Shown here: positions 9,342-18,844 of the stretch, piece after piece | Layout of the letters: each line of letters opens with the position of its first letter | Numbering within the stretch: position 1 is the stretch's first letter | Origin: an uncultured Syntrophaceae bacterium | Lineage (GTDB): Bacteria; Desulfobacterota; Syntrophia; Syntrophales; UBA2192 | Assembly: GCA_964628025.1 (NCBI GenBank) | Contig: CAZVLL010000004.1 | Location: forward strand, 118,416-182,415 | DNA length: 64,000 bases | Direction: 5' to 3' | Made by a program: the position numbers and the translations under genes | The notes under the pieces: model-generated | What the model was told of the DNA's origin: nothing | The model's input: only the letters and a program-made list of their open reading frames with translations | The model's database searches: none

Positions 9342-10220
9342 TTACTCGCGGTTCGTCGCCGTGGGGGATCCGCCCCATCCGAGCTTCGATCTCAGGATCT
9401 GCAGGTAGTCCCTCCTGGACGATACAATCAGATTCGTCACGCAGTCCGACTTGCTCACGGATATGGCATCGCCGGGCTTCAGGTTGTAGGTCACCTGCCC
9501 GTCGCAACTCATGATGGCGCCCGCTTCCCGGGTCCAGAGCATGACCTTGAGGACCGCCGTCTCCGGCAGGATCACCGGGCGGTTTGTCAGGGTATGGGGA
9601 CAGATGGGATTGAGGATGATGGTGTTCGACACGGGAAAGACGATGGGGCCTCCCGCCGAGAGCGAATACGCCGTGGACCCCGTTGGTGTTGAGATGATGA
9701 GGCCGTCGGCCCGATAGGTAGTCAGATACCGGCCGTCGACGATGGTCTCCAGGTCCACCATGCGGGAATAGTTTCCGCGGTTGATGACCACATCATTGAG
9801 AACGGAACATTCGAAGCTCTCGCCCCGGTCATCCTGGACGGTGACATCCAGCATCATACGCTCCTCGGTCTGGTAATCCCCCGCCAGGACCCCTTCCAGG
9901 GCGTCGAACATCTCGTTGAGATTGATGACGGTGAGATATCCGAAGGTCCCCATGTTGACGCCTAGAATCGGGACTGCGCATTTCCGCATGAGCCGGGCCG
10001 CCTGCAAAAGCGTCCCGTCCCCGCCCATCGTCACCGCGAGATCGACCCGGTTGCCGATTTCGTCGCCGTGATAGCCCTTGGCACCGAGCTTTACGGCCAC
10101 TTCTTTCTCCAGGAGGACTTCCAGGTTTTTCTCCTTCGCCCAGTCGGAGAGCCGCTCGATGTTTTCGACCACATGGCTCTTATTCGCGTTGCCGATAATG
10201 CCTATCCGTTTGATCTCCAT
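9342..10220 (-). CDS. nadK: NAD kinase
   Basis: GGDGT, LNDVVI, DGLIISTPTGSTAYSLSAGGP; start at ATG 10220. Confidence 0.95.
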   Translation of the reverse strand: MEIKRIGIIGNANKSHVVENIERLSDWAKEKNLEVLLEKEVAVKLGAKGYHGDEIGNRVDLAVTMGGDGTLLQAARLMRKCAVPILGVNMGTFGYLTVINLNEMFDALEGVLAGDYQTEERMMLDVTVQDDRGESFECSVLNDVVINRGNYSRMVDLETIVDGRYLTTYRADGLIISTPTGSTAYSLSAGGPIVFPVSNTIILNPICPHTLTNRPVILPETAVLKVMLWTREAGAIMSCDGQVTYNLKPGDAISVSKSDCVTNLIVSSRRDYLQILRSKLGWGGSPTATNRE

Positions 10221-10397
10221 CGAATGAAACCCCTTAAAATATCGGCAAAAAAGTAACACACTTTAGACATGCTGTCTATCATGTTATAATCGCTCCTCAC
10301 AGGCACCGTCACGCATGCCATCTCTTCTTCAGCTGACTTGTTTATTGACAAAGACCTCTTCTTTACGTTACCGTGCCCCCCTTCAGGAGGAACACAC

Positions 10398-11525
10398 ATG
10401 GGGCTTTTGAAAGGATCGCTGACCTTTTCCAGATACCGCGTCACCGGGGAACTCCCCGCTGACTTTCGTGCCTTCTTTGACCGGCAGGTCAAGAAGTACG
10501 CCTTCCAGGAACTGACGGCCTCGGTCGAGGAGCAGGCCTTCGGCTGGACCAGCCTGGAGAATCCTCTTGACGCAGCCTTCGAGGGATCTCATTACAACGT
10601 CGGGGACTTCTTCTATTTTGCACTTCGCATCGATAAAAAATCCGTTCCCCCGGCGCTTCTGCGCCTGAAGTGCCTCGAAGAAGAGCGAAGATCCCTGAAG
10701 GCAAGCGGCAAGAAGCGTATATTCCGGGAGCAGACCAAGGAGATCAAGGAGCGGGTGTATCTGCATCTGCTGACCCGGGCCTATCCCATCCCGTCGCTCT
10801 ATGACATCCTGTGGTCTCCGACAAGCGGATGGCTTCTCCTGGGATCTCACTCCGACAAGGTATTTGAAATTTTCGATGATTTCTTCAAGGTCTCCTTCAA
10901 CATGCGGTTTGCGCCCTGTCTTCCCTGGGATCCCGAGCGGCTTGACAAGAAAACTGCTGAGGCAATCGCTGCATTGGAAGGCGGCTTTCTTCTCGATGCC
11001 GGGCGGGGAGCTGCGGAGAAACCCGACCCGTCGTTTCTAGCCCGAGAGTTCATGACCTGGCTGTGGTTCAAGTCGGAGGAGCGGGACGGAGCGATATCGA
11101 TACCGGGCCAGGCCGACCTCAAGATCCATTTCGAGAAAAGAGTCGTGCTGGAGTCCGGTGAGGGAGAGTACTCGGAGACCGTGGCCTGCCAGGGCCTTCA
11201 CGCCGATCTTCGGGAGGGAAAGGCCGCCATCCGCGAAGGAAAAAAAGTGCGGGAAGCCCGCCTGCGCATGGAAAAGGAAAGCGACCGCTGGGAGTTCACG
11301 ATCAAGGCCGACAGGCTCCAGTTCCAATCGATGAGACTGCCCCCGACGGGAGGGCTCGACGAGGAGGGCGAGGACAGGGAAGGCGGTATTCTCGAGAGGA
11401 TCCACCTTGTCGAGACAGCCCTGAAAACCATCGATGATCTTTTCGCCTTTTTCCTCAAGCGGCGACTTTCACCCCAGTGGGTGTCGGAAGAGATCCCCCG
11501 TATCAAGGCCTGGCTGAAGGCCTAG
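10398..11525 (+). CDS. RdgC-like recombination-associated protein (apparently two-domain)
   Basis: SD AGGAGG before ATG 10398; GSLTFSRYRV, FGWTSLE, LRIDKKSVP, then FLAREFMTWLWFKSE...ALREGKKV-like second half. Confidence 0.6.
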   Translation: MGLLKGSLTFSRYRVTGELPADFRAFFDRQVKKYAFQELTASVEEQAFGWTSLENPLDAAFEGSHYNVGDFFYFALRIDKKSVPPALLRLKCLEEERRSLKASGKKRIFREQTKEIKERVYLHLLTRAYPIPSLYDILWSPTSGWLLLGSHSDKVFEIFDDFFKVSFNMRFAPCLPWDPERLDKKTAEAIAALEGGFLLDAGRGAAEKPDPSFLAREFMTWLWFKSEERDGAISIPGQADLKIHFEKRVVLESGEGEYSETVACQGLHADLREGKAAIREGKKVREARLRMEKESDRWEFTIKADRLQFQSMRLPPTGGLDEEGEDREGGILERIHLVETALKTIDDLFAFFLKRRLSPQWVSEEIPRIKAWLKA

Positions 11526-11717
11526 CTGATTTCCTTCCGTAACACTCGAAACATTTTTTCTGTTTCTCGTAATACTCAGGAGAAACGGCTTCACCTGCAA
11601 AGCGTAAAACGTGAGGACTGCTTTCTGATCCGTCGTTGTTTTCGGATTGAGAAAGCGTAACATTCAGATTAACCGGCTGGCGTTGGTGCGCCAAACGCGA
11701 CGAAATTACTAAAGCCT

Positions 11718-11993
11718 TTACACCCTCGCGTCAATATTCTTATAAACCGATTTCCGATGCCTAATGCCAAGAATCCATACCTCGGACTCGAGCACTTTGA
11801 ACACGATTCGGTAATCACCCACGCGGAGCTTCCAGTAGCCTTTCAGTGACTTTCGCAAAGGCTCCCCGTAGTCCTGAGGTGCGTTCTGTAACCGTTCTTC
11901 TATGGCCTTACGGATTCTGTTTTTTGTTCTTCGATCGATAAGGGGCAAATCCTCGACGTGAACAGCGGGATGATAGTGCAATGTAAAAGGCAT
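11718..11993 (-). CDS. Type II toxin, RelE/ParE family
   Basis: 91 aa, GEPLRKSLKGYWKLRVGDYRIVF, GIRHRKSVY. Confidence 0.9.
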   Translation of the reverse strand: MPFTLHYHPAVHVEDLPLIDRRTKNRIRKAIEERLQNAPQDYGEPLRKSLKGYWKLRVGDYRIVFKVLESEVWILGIRHRKSVYKNIDARV

Positions 11994-11996
11994 GGG

Positions 11997-12224
11997 TCAT
12001 TCCCACACATCTTCATGCGATAGCGCCACTTTTCTGTCAAATGTTTTTATTCGCATATCGGCAAAAGCTGCAAGGGAGACATCTTCCCGCAAGTCAATTG
12101 CCTCCCTGATAAGGTCACGGGCAATGGTGGACATGGAAACACCCTCACTGGTTGCCAGGTCATGTATAACACTGTACAGTGGCGGCTCAACAACAATGTT
12201 TACTCTCGGATTTTTTGTGGGCAT
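11997..12224 (-). CDS. Antitoxin, ribbon-helix-helix/CopG type
   Basis: MPTKNPRVNIVVE, LATSEGVSMSTIARDLIREA, LSHEDVW; 3 nt upstream of toxin. Confidence 0.85.
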   Translation of the reverse strand: MPTKNPRVNIVVEPPLYSVIHDLATSEGVSMSTIARDLIREAIDLREDVSLAAFADMRIKTFDRKVALSHEDVWE

Positions 12225-12244
12225 GGTTCTTTCTCCTTTTGGGT

Positions 12245-12274
12245 AAGTGTAACACTTGTGACGCACCGCGTCAA
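12245..12274 (-). promoter_or_regulatory. sigma70 promoter of TA operon overlapped by palindromic operators
   Basis: TTGACG-N17-TACACT on minus strand; palindromes AAGTGT-A-ACACTT (12245-12257) and TGACGC-ACC-GCGTCA (12259-12273). Confidence 0.65.
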
Positions 12275-12367
12275 GGAGAAAATCCCATTAACGTCAAAAC
12301 ATGATTATGGAAACTTAATTTTTTGACTACTTCAGGAAGTCATCTGTTCTGCTATGTAGAATGCTTC

Positions 12368-13420
12368 TCAAGCGATCTCCTTCAGAGCGGCGACGAGAAC
12401 CTGGTTTTCCTCCTCCGTACCGACGGTGATGCGGATCTTGTCGTCGAGCCTCGACCGGTTCCAGTAACGAACCAGAATCCCCCTGTCCCTCAATTCGTAA
12501 TACAGGTACTGGGCATCGCCCCGGGGCGGATGGGCCAGGATGAAATTGGCCTGTGAGGGCCAGAACTTGTACTTCATCTGCTCCAGCGCCTTTGCCAGTT
12601 TTGCCCTGGTGACTTTTATCCGTTCGGCATTGGCCTTCATCCAGGCCTGGTCGTTCATGGCGGCAGTCGCGAGCCGGAGCGCCACGGCATCGACGTTGTA
12701 GCTGTCCTTGATCTTGATAAGCCCTTCCAGAAGCTCAGGCCTCGCCACACCGAAACCCACGCGAAGACCCGCCAGTGAATACGCCTTAGACAGCGTCCTC
12801 AGCACGATGACGTTCTGACGCCTCGAAACCAGGCCCAGAGCATTCTCTTCGGCAAAGTCCGTATAGGCCTCGTCGATGACCAGAATCCCTTTGAGCCCTG
12901 CGGCAAGCCTTTCGAGATCCTTGACCGGGGCGACCGTTGCCGAAGGGTTGTTCGGTGTGCAGACAAAGGTCAGATCGGCCTGGGCCTCCAGCAGCCCCTC
13001 GACGGGCAGGTTGTACTCCTCATCGTAAGGGACTTCCATCGTCGAGGCATCCTGCATCTCGGCCAGAGTGATGTAGAGGGAATAGGTGGGCGTGGGATAG
13101 GCGATTTTACGGCCCGGTTCAAGGAATGCCCGGGCCAGAAGTGCCAGCATCTCGTCGCTGCCGTTTGCGGCTATGACCCAGTCCACGGGAATACCGTACA
13201 CCTTCGCGGCAGCCTCCCGGGCCATCTCGGCCATCGGGTCGGGATAGCGCCGGAGCCAGTCCCCGTCAAACTCATGGAGGACTTTCATTACATCCGGTGA
13301 GGGCAGATAAGGGTTCTCGTTCGTATTGAGCTTTATGACCTTCGAGCCCGGCGGGGGCTGCTCGCCCGGCGCGTAGCCTTCCATCTTTTTCACGTTGTCC
13401 CGAAAATTGATCATGTCCAT
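12368..13420 (-). CDS. hisC: Histidinol-phosphate aminotransferase
   Basis: KLNTNENPY, NGSDE, PNNPS, IDEAY, RTLSKAYSLAGLRVG. Confidence 0.93.
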   Translation of the reverse strand: MDMINFRDNVKKMEGYAPGEQPPPGSKVIKLNTNENPYLPSPDVMKVLHEFDGDWLRRYPDPMAEMAREAAAKVYGIPVDWVIAANGSDEMLALLARAFLEPGRKIAYPTPTYSLYITLAEMQDASTMEVPYDEEYNLPVEGLLEAQADLTFVCTPNNPSATVAPVKDLERLAAGLKGILVIDEAYTDFAEENALGLVSRRQNVIVLRTLSKAYSLAGLRVGFGVARPELLEGLIKIKDSYNVDAVALRLATAAMNDQAWMKANAERIKVTRAKLAKALEQMKYKFWPSQANFILAHPPRGDAQYLYYELRDRGILVRYWNRSRLDDKIRITVGTEEENQVLVAALKEIA

Positions 13421-13470
13421 CCTTCAGAAATTCTATTTCGCGTCTTCTGCACACCAAGAACACCAGGGTA

Positions 13471-14430
13471 TCACGCCTGCCACCTGTCACCTGTCACCTT
13501 GTACTTTGCGCCCTGCCATGTATCCCTTTTTTCCAACTCTCTGTCAATCGCGTTGAGCACCCTGAGCTTGTTGGCCGCCCAGTCCGGACCGAGGTAAATA
13601 TCCCGGTATCCTTCCGCCGTCAATCGTTGAACTGTCATCGTCGGGGGAAGGATTTCAAGAACGTCGCACAAAATGGAAACATATTCTTCCTGTCCCATAA
13701 GCGCGATGCTTCCCTCTTCGAACTGCTGCCCGGTCCGGGTTCCCCGAAGCGCCAGGAGCGAATGAATTTTGATGCCGTCCAGCGGAAGGGCTGCAACGGC
13801 TTTTGCCGTATCGAACATGTCATCCCGGGTTTCACCGGGAAGTCCCAGAATGATGTGCGTGCAGATGAAAACGCCCCTGCCCGATGTCTTCCGAACAGCC
13901 TCGATGAAGGTTGCCGCATCGTGGCCGCGATTCATTCTGTCCAGCGTCCGGTCGTGAATGGACTGCAGCCCGTACTCGATCCAGACGTGTTTCGTCTTCG
14001 CATAATCCTGCAGCAGACGGAGAATCTCTTCATCCACGCAGTCCGGTCTCGTGCCGATGGAAAGCCCGATGACATCCTCCTGCGCAAGCGCTTCATCATA
14101 GAGCGCCTTGAGCGTTTCAACAGGACCGTAGGTGTTCGTGAAGGTCTGAAAGTACGCAATAAAATTCGCCGCGCCCCGGAGATTCCGGTAGAGGGCCTTT
14201 CCAGCATGGACCTGCTCCGTCACGGACGGCAGCGGCCCCTTCTGGCGGAGAACCGAGCCACGACCGTCACAGTAGGCGCATCCGCCCACTGCGATCTTCC
14301 CGTCGCGGTTCGGACAGGTAAACCCCGCATCGATCTGGAGCTTGTTTACTCTGCACCCGAATCGATTGACCAGGAAGCTCTTGAAATCGTAGTAGCGCTT
14401 GCGGTTGTTCCAGAAGTCCGGTTTGGGCAT
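13471..14430 (-). CDS. Radical SAM protein, TIGR01212/YhcC family
   Basis: DAGFTCPNRDG....GGCAYC, YFQTFTNTY, IGTRPDC; true start ATG 14430 (upstream ORF extension is antisense to mnmG). Confidence 0.9.
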   Translation of the reverse strand: MPKPDFWNNRKRYYDFKSFLVNRFGCRVNKLQIDAGFTCPNRDGKIAVGGCAYCDGRGSVLRQKGPLPSVTEQVHAGKALYRNLRGAANFIAYFQTFTNTYGPVETLKALYDEALAQEDVIGLSIGTRPDCVDEEILRLLQDYAKTKHVWIEYGLQSIHDRTLDRMNRGHDAATFIEAVRKTSGRGVFICTHIILGLPGETRDDMFDTAKAVAALPLDGIKIHSLLALRGTRTGQQFEEGSIALMGQEEYVSILCDVLEILPPTMTVQRLTAEGYRDIYLGPDWAANKLRVLNAIDRELEKRDTWQGAKYKVTGDRWQA

Positions 14431-14514
14431 AATGGGAAATCTATTGTATTTTTGAAGGGATGTTATTAAATATACCCTTCTATTGCAAGCGGCCTTTCGG
14501 CCAAGGGGTGCAGG

Positions 14515-16434
14515 GTGTCGGGTCCAGGAAGTAGCGAAAGAAAATATGACGTCATCGTGGTTGGCGGCGGCCATGCCGGGTGTGAGGCGGCCCTTGCCGC
14601 TGCCCGTATGGGATGCGAGACGCTCCTTTTCAACATCAATCTCGACTCGCTTGCCCTCATGTCCTGCAATCCGGCCATAGGGGGGCTTGCAAAGGGACAG
14701 CTTGTCAAGGAAATCGATGCGCTCGGCGGCGAGATGGGAAAGATCGCCGACCGCACGGCCGTCCACTTCCGCCTGTTGAATTCCTCGAAGGGACCTGCCG
14801 TCCAGTCCTCCCGCGTCCAGTGCGACAAGCAGCTCTACCGTCTGGCCATGAAGACCGTCGTGGAGCACCAGAAGAATCTGCACCTCCGTCAAGGACTCGT
14901 CGATCGCTTTGCCGTCGAAGGCAGCAAGGTCACAGGCGTCATCGACAGCACGGGTTTTTTCTACCCCGCAAGCGCCGTGATTATCACCACGGGCACTTTT
15001 CTCAATGGCCTCATCCACATCGGGACATTCCGGACACCGGCAGGTCGTGCCGGAGAGATCGCATCGGTTGACCTGGCCGAATCCCTTCGTGAGACAGGGT
15101 TCGAAATGGGCCGGATGAAAACGGGGACCCCGCCGCGCCTCAAGGCTTCCTCGATCGAATTCGACAGGCTCGAGCGCCAGGACAGCGATCCAAACCCGGA
15201 GCCGTTTTCCTACACCACGGAAGCGCTCCGGCAGGAACGCCTGCCCTCCTATTTCTCACACACTACGGAAGAGACACACAGACTGTTGCGGGAAAATATC
15301 CGGCTTTCCCCCCTGTACTCGGGAGTCATCACGGGCGTCAGCGCCCGCTATTGTCCTTCCCTCGAGGACAAGGTCATGCGCTTTTCCGACAAGGGCCGCC
15401 ATCCTGTGACGCTGGAGTTCGAGGGGCTCGATACGGAAGAGATCTACGCCAAGGGTCTCGGGAACTGCCTTCCCCTGGAACTGCAGGAAAAGATCGTTCA
15501 CAGTGTCCCCGGACTGGAGAGGGCCGAGATCATGCGACCGGCCTACGCCATCGAGTACGACTACGTACAGCCGACGGAGCTGAAGCAGACGCTCGAGACA
15601 AAACGCATTGCAGGGCTTTTCCTTGCGGGCCAGATCAACGGCACCTCCGGTTACGAGGAAGCTGCCGGCCAGGGACTGTGGGCGGGCATAAACGCGGCCC
15701 TGCAGGTGCAGAAGCGACCCCCTTTCGTCCTGGAGCGATCGGAGGCCTACATAGCCGTCATGATTGATGACCTGGTAACGCGCGGCGTCGACGAGCCCTA
15801 CCGGATGTTCACCTCTCGTGCCGAATACCGGCTGATTCTCCGGGAGGACAATGCCACAATCCGCCTCATGGGAAAAGGTCACGAGATCGGACTCATACCG
15901 GACGGCTCTTACGGAGAGTTACAGGAAAAGGTCCGGCAAATCGAGTATGGGATTCGACATCTCTCTTTGAAGACGGTCTACCCTACTGCAGAAACCAATG
16001 GGATTCTCGCGGATCGGGGATTCCTTCCCATCCGCAAGCCTCTTTCGCTCTTCCATCTCCTCAAAAGGCCCGAGATGACCTACGACGATCTCGGGGTTTT
16101 CGATGCCGAGCTGCCCGCTATAGAGCATTCCGTGAAAAAGCAGATCGAGATCGAGGCCCGCTACGAAGAGTACATCCGGCGTCAAAACGAGTCCGTCGAG
16201 AAGTTCCGAGAAATGGAAGGGAAGAAAATTCCCGCCGACGTCGACTATTTCCAGGTTCCCAGCCTCTCCAACGAGCTCAAGTGCAAGCTCGATGCGATCC
16301 GGCCAGCCAGCTTCGGCCAGGCCCAGCGCATTCCGGGCATGACCCAGGCGGCACTTGCGGCGGTCCTGGTGTACCTGAAGAAAATCGAGTTGCAGAATGA
16401 GGCCAAAACAAAAGTCAGCGGTTCAAAGCCGTAA
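14515..16434 (+). CDS. mnmG: tRNA uridine 5-carboxymethylaminomethyl modification enzyme MnmG (GidA)
   Basis: [59 protein letters not shown]. Confidence 0.97.
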   Translation: MSGPGSSERKYDVIVVGGGHAGCEAALAAARMGCETLLFNINLDSLALMSCNPAIGGLAKGQLVKEIDALGGEMGKIADRTAVHFRLLNSSKGPAVQSSRVQCDKQLYRLAMKTVVEHQKNLHLRQGLVDRFAVEGSKVTGVIDSTGFFYPASAVIITTGTFLNGLIHIGTFRTPAGRAGEIASVDLAESLRETGFEMGRMKTGTPPRLKASSIEFDRLERQDSDPNPEPFSYTTEALRQERLPSYFSHTTEETHRLLRENIRLSPLYSGVITGVSARYCPSLEDKVMRFSDKGRHPVTLEFEGLDTEEIYAKGLGNCLPLELQEKIVHSVPGLERAEIMRPAYAIEYDYVQPTELKQTLETKRIAGLFLAGQINGTSGYEEAAGQGLWAGINAALQVQKRPPFVLERSEAYIAVMIDDLVTRGVDEPYRMFTSRAEYRLILREDNATIRLMGKGHEIGLIPDGSYGELQEKVRQIEYGIRHLSLKTVYPTAETNGILADRGFLPIRKPLSLFHLLKRPEMTYDDLGVFDAELPAIEHSVKKQIEIEARYEEYIRRQNESVEKFREMEGKKIPADVDYFQVPSLSNELKCKLDAIRPASFGQAQRIPGMTQAALAAVLVYLKKIELQNEAKTKVSGSKP

Positions 16435-16712
16435 TCCGCCCCGGAAAAGGAAACCCTCCTTCAACGCCTTAAGATCGCTCTTTCTTCACGCCGGCCTGCA
16501 TCATCAGGAATAGTTGGAATTAGTTTTTCGACGACAGGTATTCCTCCCCTACTGGCGCGTAAAACCGGCCATATTTCTTTGCTCTATGAAATTCATACTT
16601 TCTACGTATTGCCATCGTCTTCAATCCTTTATATTCTTCTATCAACAATTTGTTGCGGAGGGTTCAGTCCAGTTTCCTTAACCAGCTTTGCCTTTATGTA
16701 AATGAGGAAGTT

Positions 16713-16895
16713 ATGGCCATACAGGATTTGTCTTCTGCGCGGACACAGTCGGATAAAGTCAGGGAAGAACAGGCCATCGTGAGTGCCGTCGCCCGGCATT
16801 TTGAGAAGGTATCCCCTTCCGGGCAATCCCCTTCGGGAAAGATGGAATCCTCCATATTGACCGCCCTTGACCGGTATTTCGAAGAAAAGAGATAG
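16713..16895 (+). CDS. Small hypothetical protein (60 aa) with two internal helical repeats
   Basis: SD GAGGA before ATG 16713; EQAIVSAVARHFEK vs ESSILTALDRYFEE. Confidence 0.5.
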   Translation: MAIQDLSSARTQSDKVREEQAIVSAVARHFEKVSPSGQSPSGKMESSILTALDRYFEEKR

Positions 16896-17053
16896 ACGCA
16901 TCAAGACGACCGCCCTATCTTTTCTGTGCATTTTTTCATCTTTGCGTGAGCCTGCAGGCTTACATCGGTCCGGTGATCGTATTCGCGATAATGGTCGGAT
17001 CTCCTGCACAAGAGATCCCGAGCATGAACGTAAAGTTTTCCTGATACAGTCGA

Positions 17054-18139
17054 CTACTCCCCGACCATCTCTATCCGGACCGAATAAAACCCGCCCTTGA
17101 TGTCTGACGTCACGGTCCTGTTGTGGACCGTGCCGACGGCCTTCAGGCCCTCCCTGAAGTCATGGATTGCCTCTGCCCGGATTTGTGCTGCGAATATCTG
17201 CCGTCCATCCTGAACACGTTTCTGAATCTCCCTCGCTCCATTTCTATTGAGTAGTATCTCGATCTCTCCGGCTGCAGTCGCGGTATTCAGAACGCGAACG
17301 ATGACGTCATAATCCACGGCCGGTTTGGCGGGTGAAGCCATCATTGCCGCCGACCTGTCCGGGATGGGTACGGATCGCTTCGCCATTTTTGCAGCGGCAC
17401 CGGAAGCGACAGCCATATCTTCTTGCTTCTGCCCATAGGCCGGCGCCTGGATGGTCCGGTCGGCCTCCTTACTGCGCGCCCGGGTCACCTGATTCAGTGC
17501 TTCCTCATCTGCGGCCGCCCCCACTTCTTTTTTTCTCACCGCCAGCAGCGATTCTTCGGTCTTCGCTTCGTCGTATACTGCTCCCGCACGAACAGGGACT
17601 TCCTTTGGTTTCGAATCCACGCTGCCGGACAGCAGTGCCGGAGGTACCGCATCCTTTTTTTCCGACTTCACAGCGGCAGGGGCTTCTTCCTGAACCGGAC
17701 GCAAAGACACAGACTCTTTCAGAGGTTCCGGACTCACATCGTTTTTTCGGGCCTCCTGGACAGCTGTCCCGGTCGGCGCCATTTGCCTGAACTCGGGATC
17801 TTCTGCTTTATAAACATTCCAGGCGACAACGGCGATAAGGACAGTGGCAAGGGCCTGGACGGGAACCTTGATGTGAAGCGGATAAAAGAATTTCCGGAAG
17901 ATGCTCTCCTTTTGTTTTGTCTCCTCACGGACCCGGGCCATGACCCGAGTCTTCAGCCAGGGCGGTGGTTCTATCTCATCGAGCTCCCTCATGAGTTTCG
18001 ACGCTCCCTCGAGGTTCGTGACGGCTGCAGCACAGGACGGGCACACCTTCAGGTGCGTTTCGATGTCTTCCTTCTGCCCCGCGGGGAGCACGCCCTCTAT
18101 CCATGGGGGAAGCAGATTTTCAATTTCTTTGCACGTCAT
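17054..18139 (-). CDS. Zinc-finger (zf-HC2) anti-sigma factor with single TM and periplasmic domain
   Basis: MTC...HLKVCPSC (HxxxCxxC), TM VQALATVLIAVVAW; overlaps ECF sigma stop. Confidence 0.85.
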   Translation of the reverse strand: MTCKEIENLLPPWIEGVLPAGQKEDIETHLKVCPSCAAAVTNLEGASKLMRELDEIEPPPWLKTRVMARVREETKQKESIFRKFFYPLHIKVPVQALATVLIAVVAWNVYKAEDPEFRQMAPTGTAVQEARKNDVSPEPLKESVSLRPVQEEAPAAVKSEKKDAVPPALLSGSVDSKPKEVPVRAGAVYDEAKTEESLLAVRKKEVGAAADEEALNQVTRARSKEADRTIQAPAYGQKQEDMAVASGAAAKMAKRSVPIPDRSAAMMASPAKPAVDYDVIVRVLNTATAAGEIEILLNRNGAREIQKRVQDGRQIFAAQIRAEAIHDFREGLKAVGTVHNRTVTSDIKGGFYSVRIEMVGE

Positions 18140-18762
18140 CGCAGATCACCAAGAACATTCACAAGGCAGTCTTTCAGGGCGGCCCTTGCCCTGAAGAGCC
18201 GTGATTTTACGGTTCCGTCCGGCAGTTTCAGCATGGCGCTGATCTCGTCATAAGAAAATCCATGGATATCCCGGAGGACAATGACCTCCCGGTATTCACC
18301 TTCCAGGGAACCGATGCACTCCTGGACTTTTTCCTCCAATTCTTTCTTTTCAAGCTCCTCTGCCGCAGATTCCCCACCGTCGTGCGCCTGGCGCGACACG
18401 CTTCCATTTCTCAATTCAACCGGGTCATCGATCGAGCGAGTTTCATGACGTGACCGGCTTTCTGTCTGTCTGATCCGATTTCTGGCCTGATTCACGACGA
18501 TCCCGTAGAGCCAGGTGGAAAACTTCGCTTCCCGCCTGAAGGTCCTCATCGAACGGTGTGCCGAGAGAAAGGCTTCCTGCACGACATCGCAGGCCTCATC
18601 GTAGTCCCCAAGCATCCGATAGGCAATGTTCAGCATGCGTTTCTGATGACGAACGACGAGGACCTCGAAGGCGTCCGTGTCGCCCTTCTGGCAAAGAACA
18701 ACCGCTTCATCGTCGTCGACGTCAACATATCGTTGTATGGCTGCAACCACGGGACCCGTCAT
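18136..18762 (-). CDS. ECF RNA polymerase sigma factor
   Basis: GDTDAFEVLV, DVVQEAF, FSTWLYGI, FSYDEIS.ML....GTVKSRLFRAR. Confidence 0.93.
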   Translation of the reverse strand: MTGPVVAAIQRYVDVDDDEAVVLCQKGDTDAFEVLVVRHQKRMLNIAYRMLGDYDEACDVVQEAFLSAHRSMRTFRREAKFSTWLYGIVVNQARNRIRQTESRSRHETRSIDDPVELRNGSVSRQAHDGGESAAEELEKKELEEKVQECIGSLEGEYREVIVLRDIHGFSYDEISAMLKLPDGTVKSRLFRARAALKDCLVNVLGDLR

Positions 18763-18844
18763 TTCAGGCGATTTTATTTCTTCGATTTCCCTTCACTGCG
18801 TCGATCTTGTCAAGAAGAATATTCCCAGCCGATACCGTACAGAC

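Noticed and set aside
14431-15018. N-terminal extension of the radical SAM ORF (likewise extensions of hisF, scpA, mlaE, purF)
   Set aside because: Extensions overlap neighbouring genes or regulatory DNA; family motifs begin at downstream starts.
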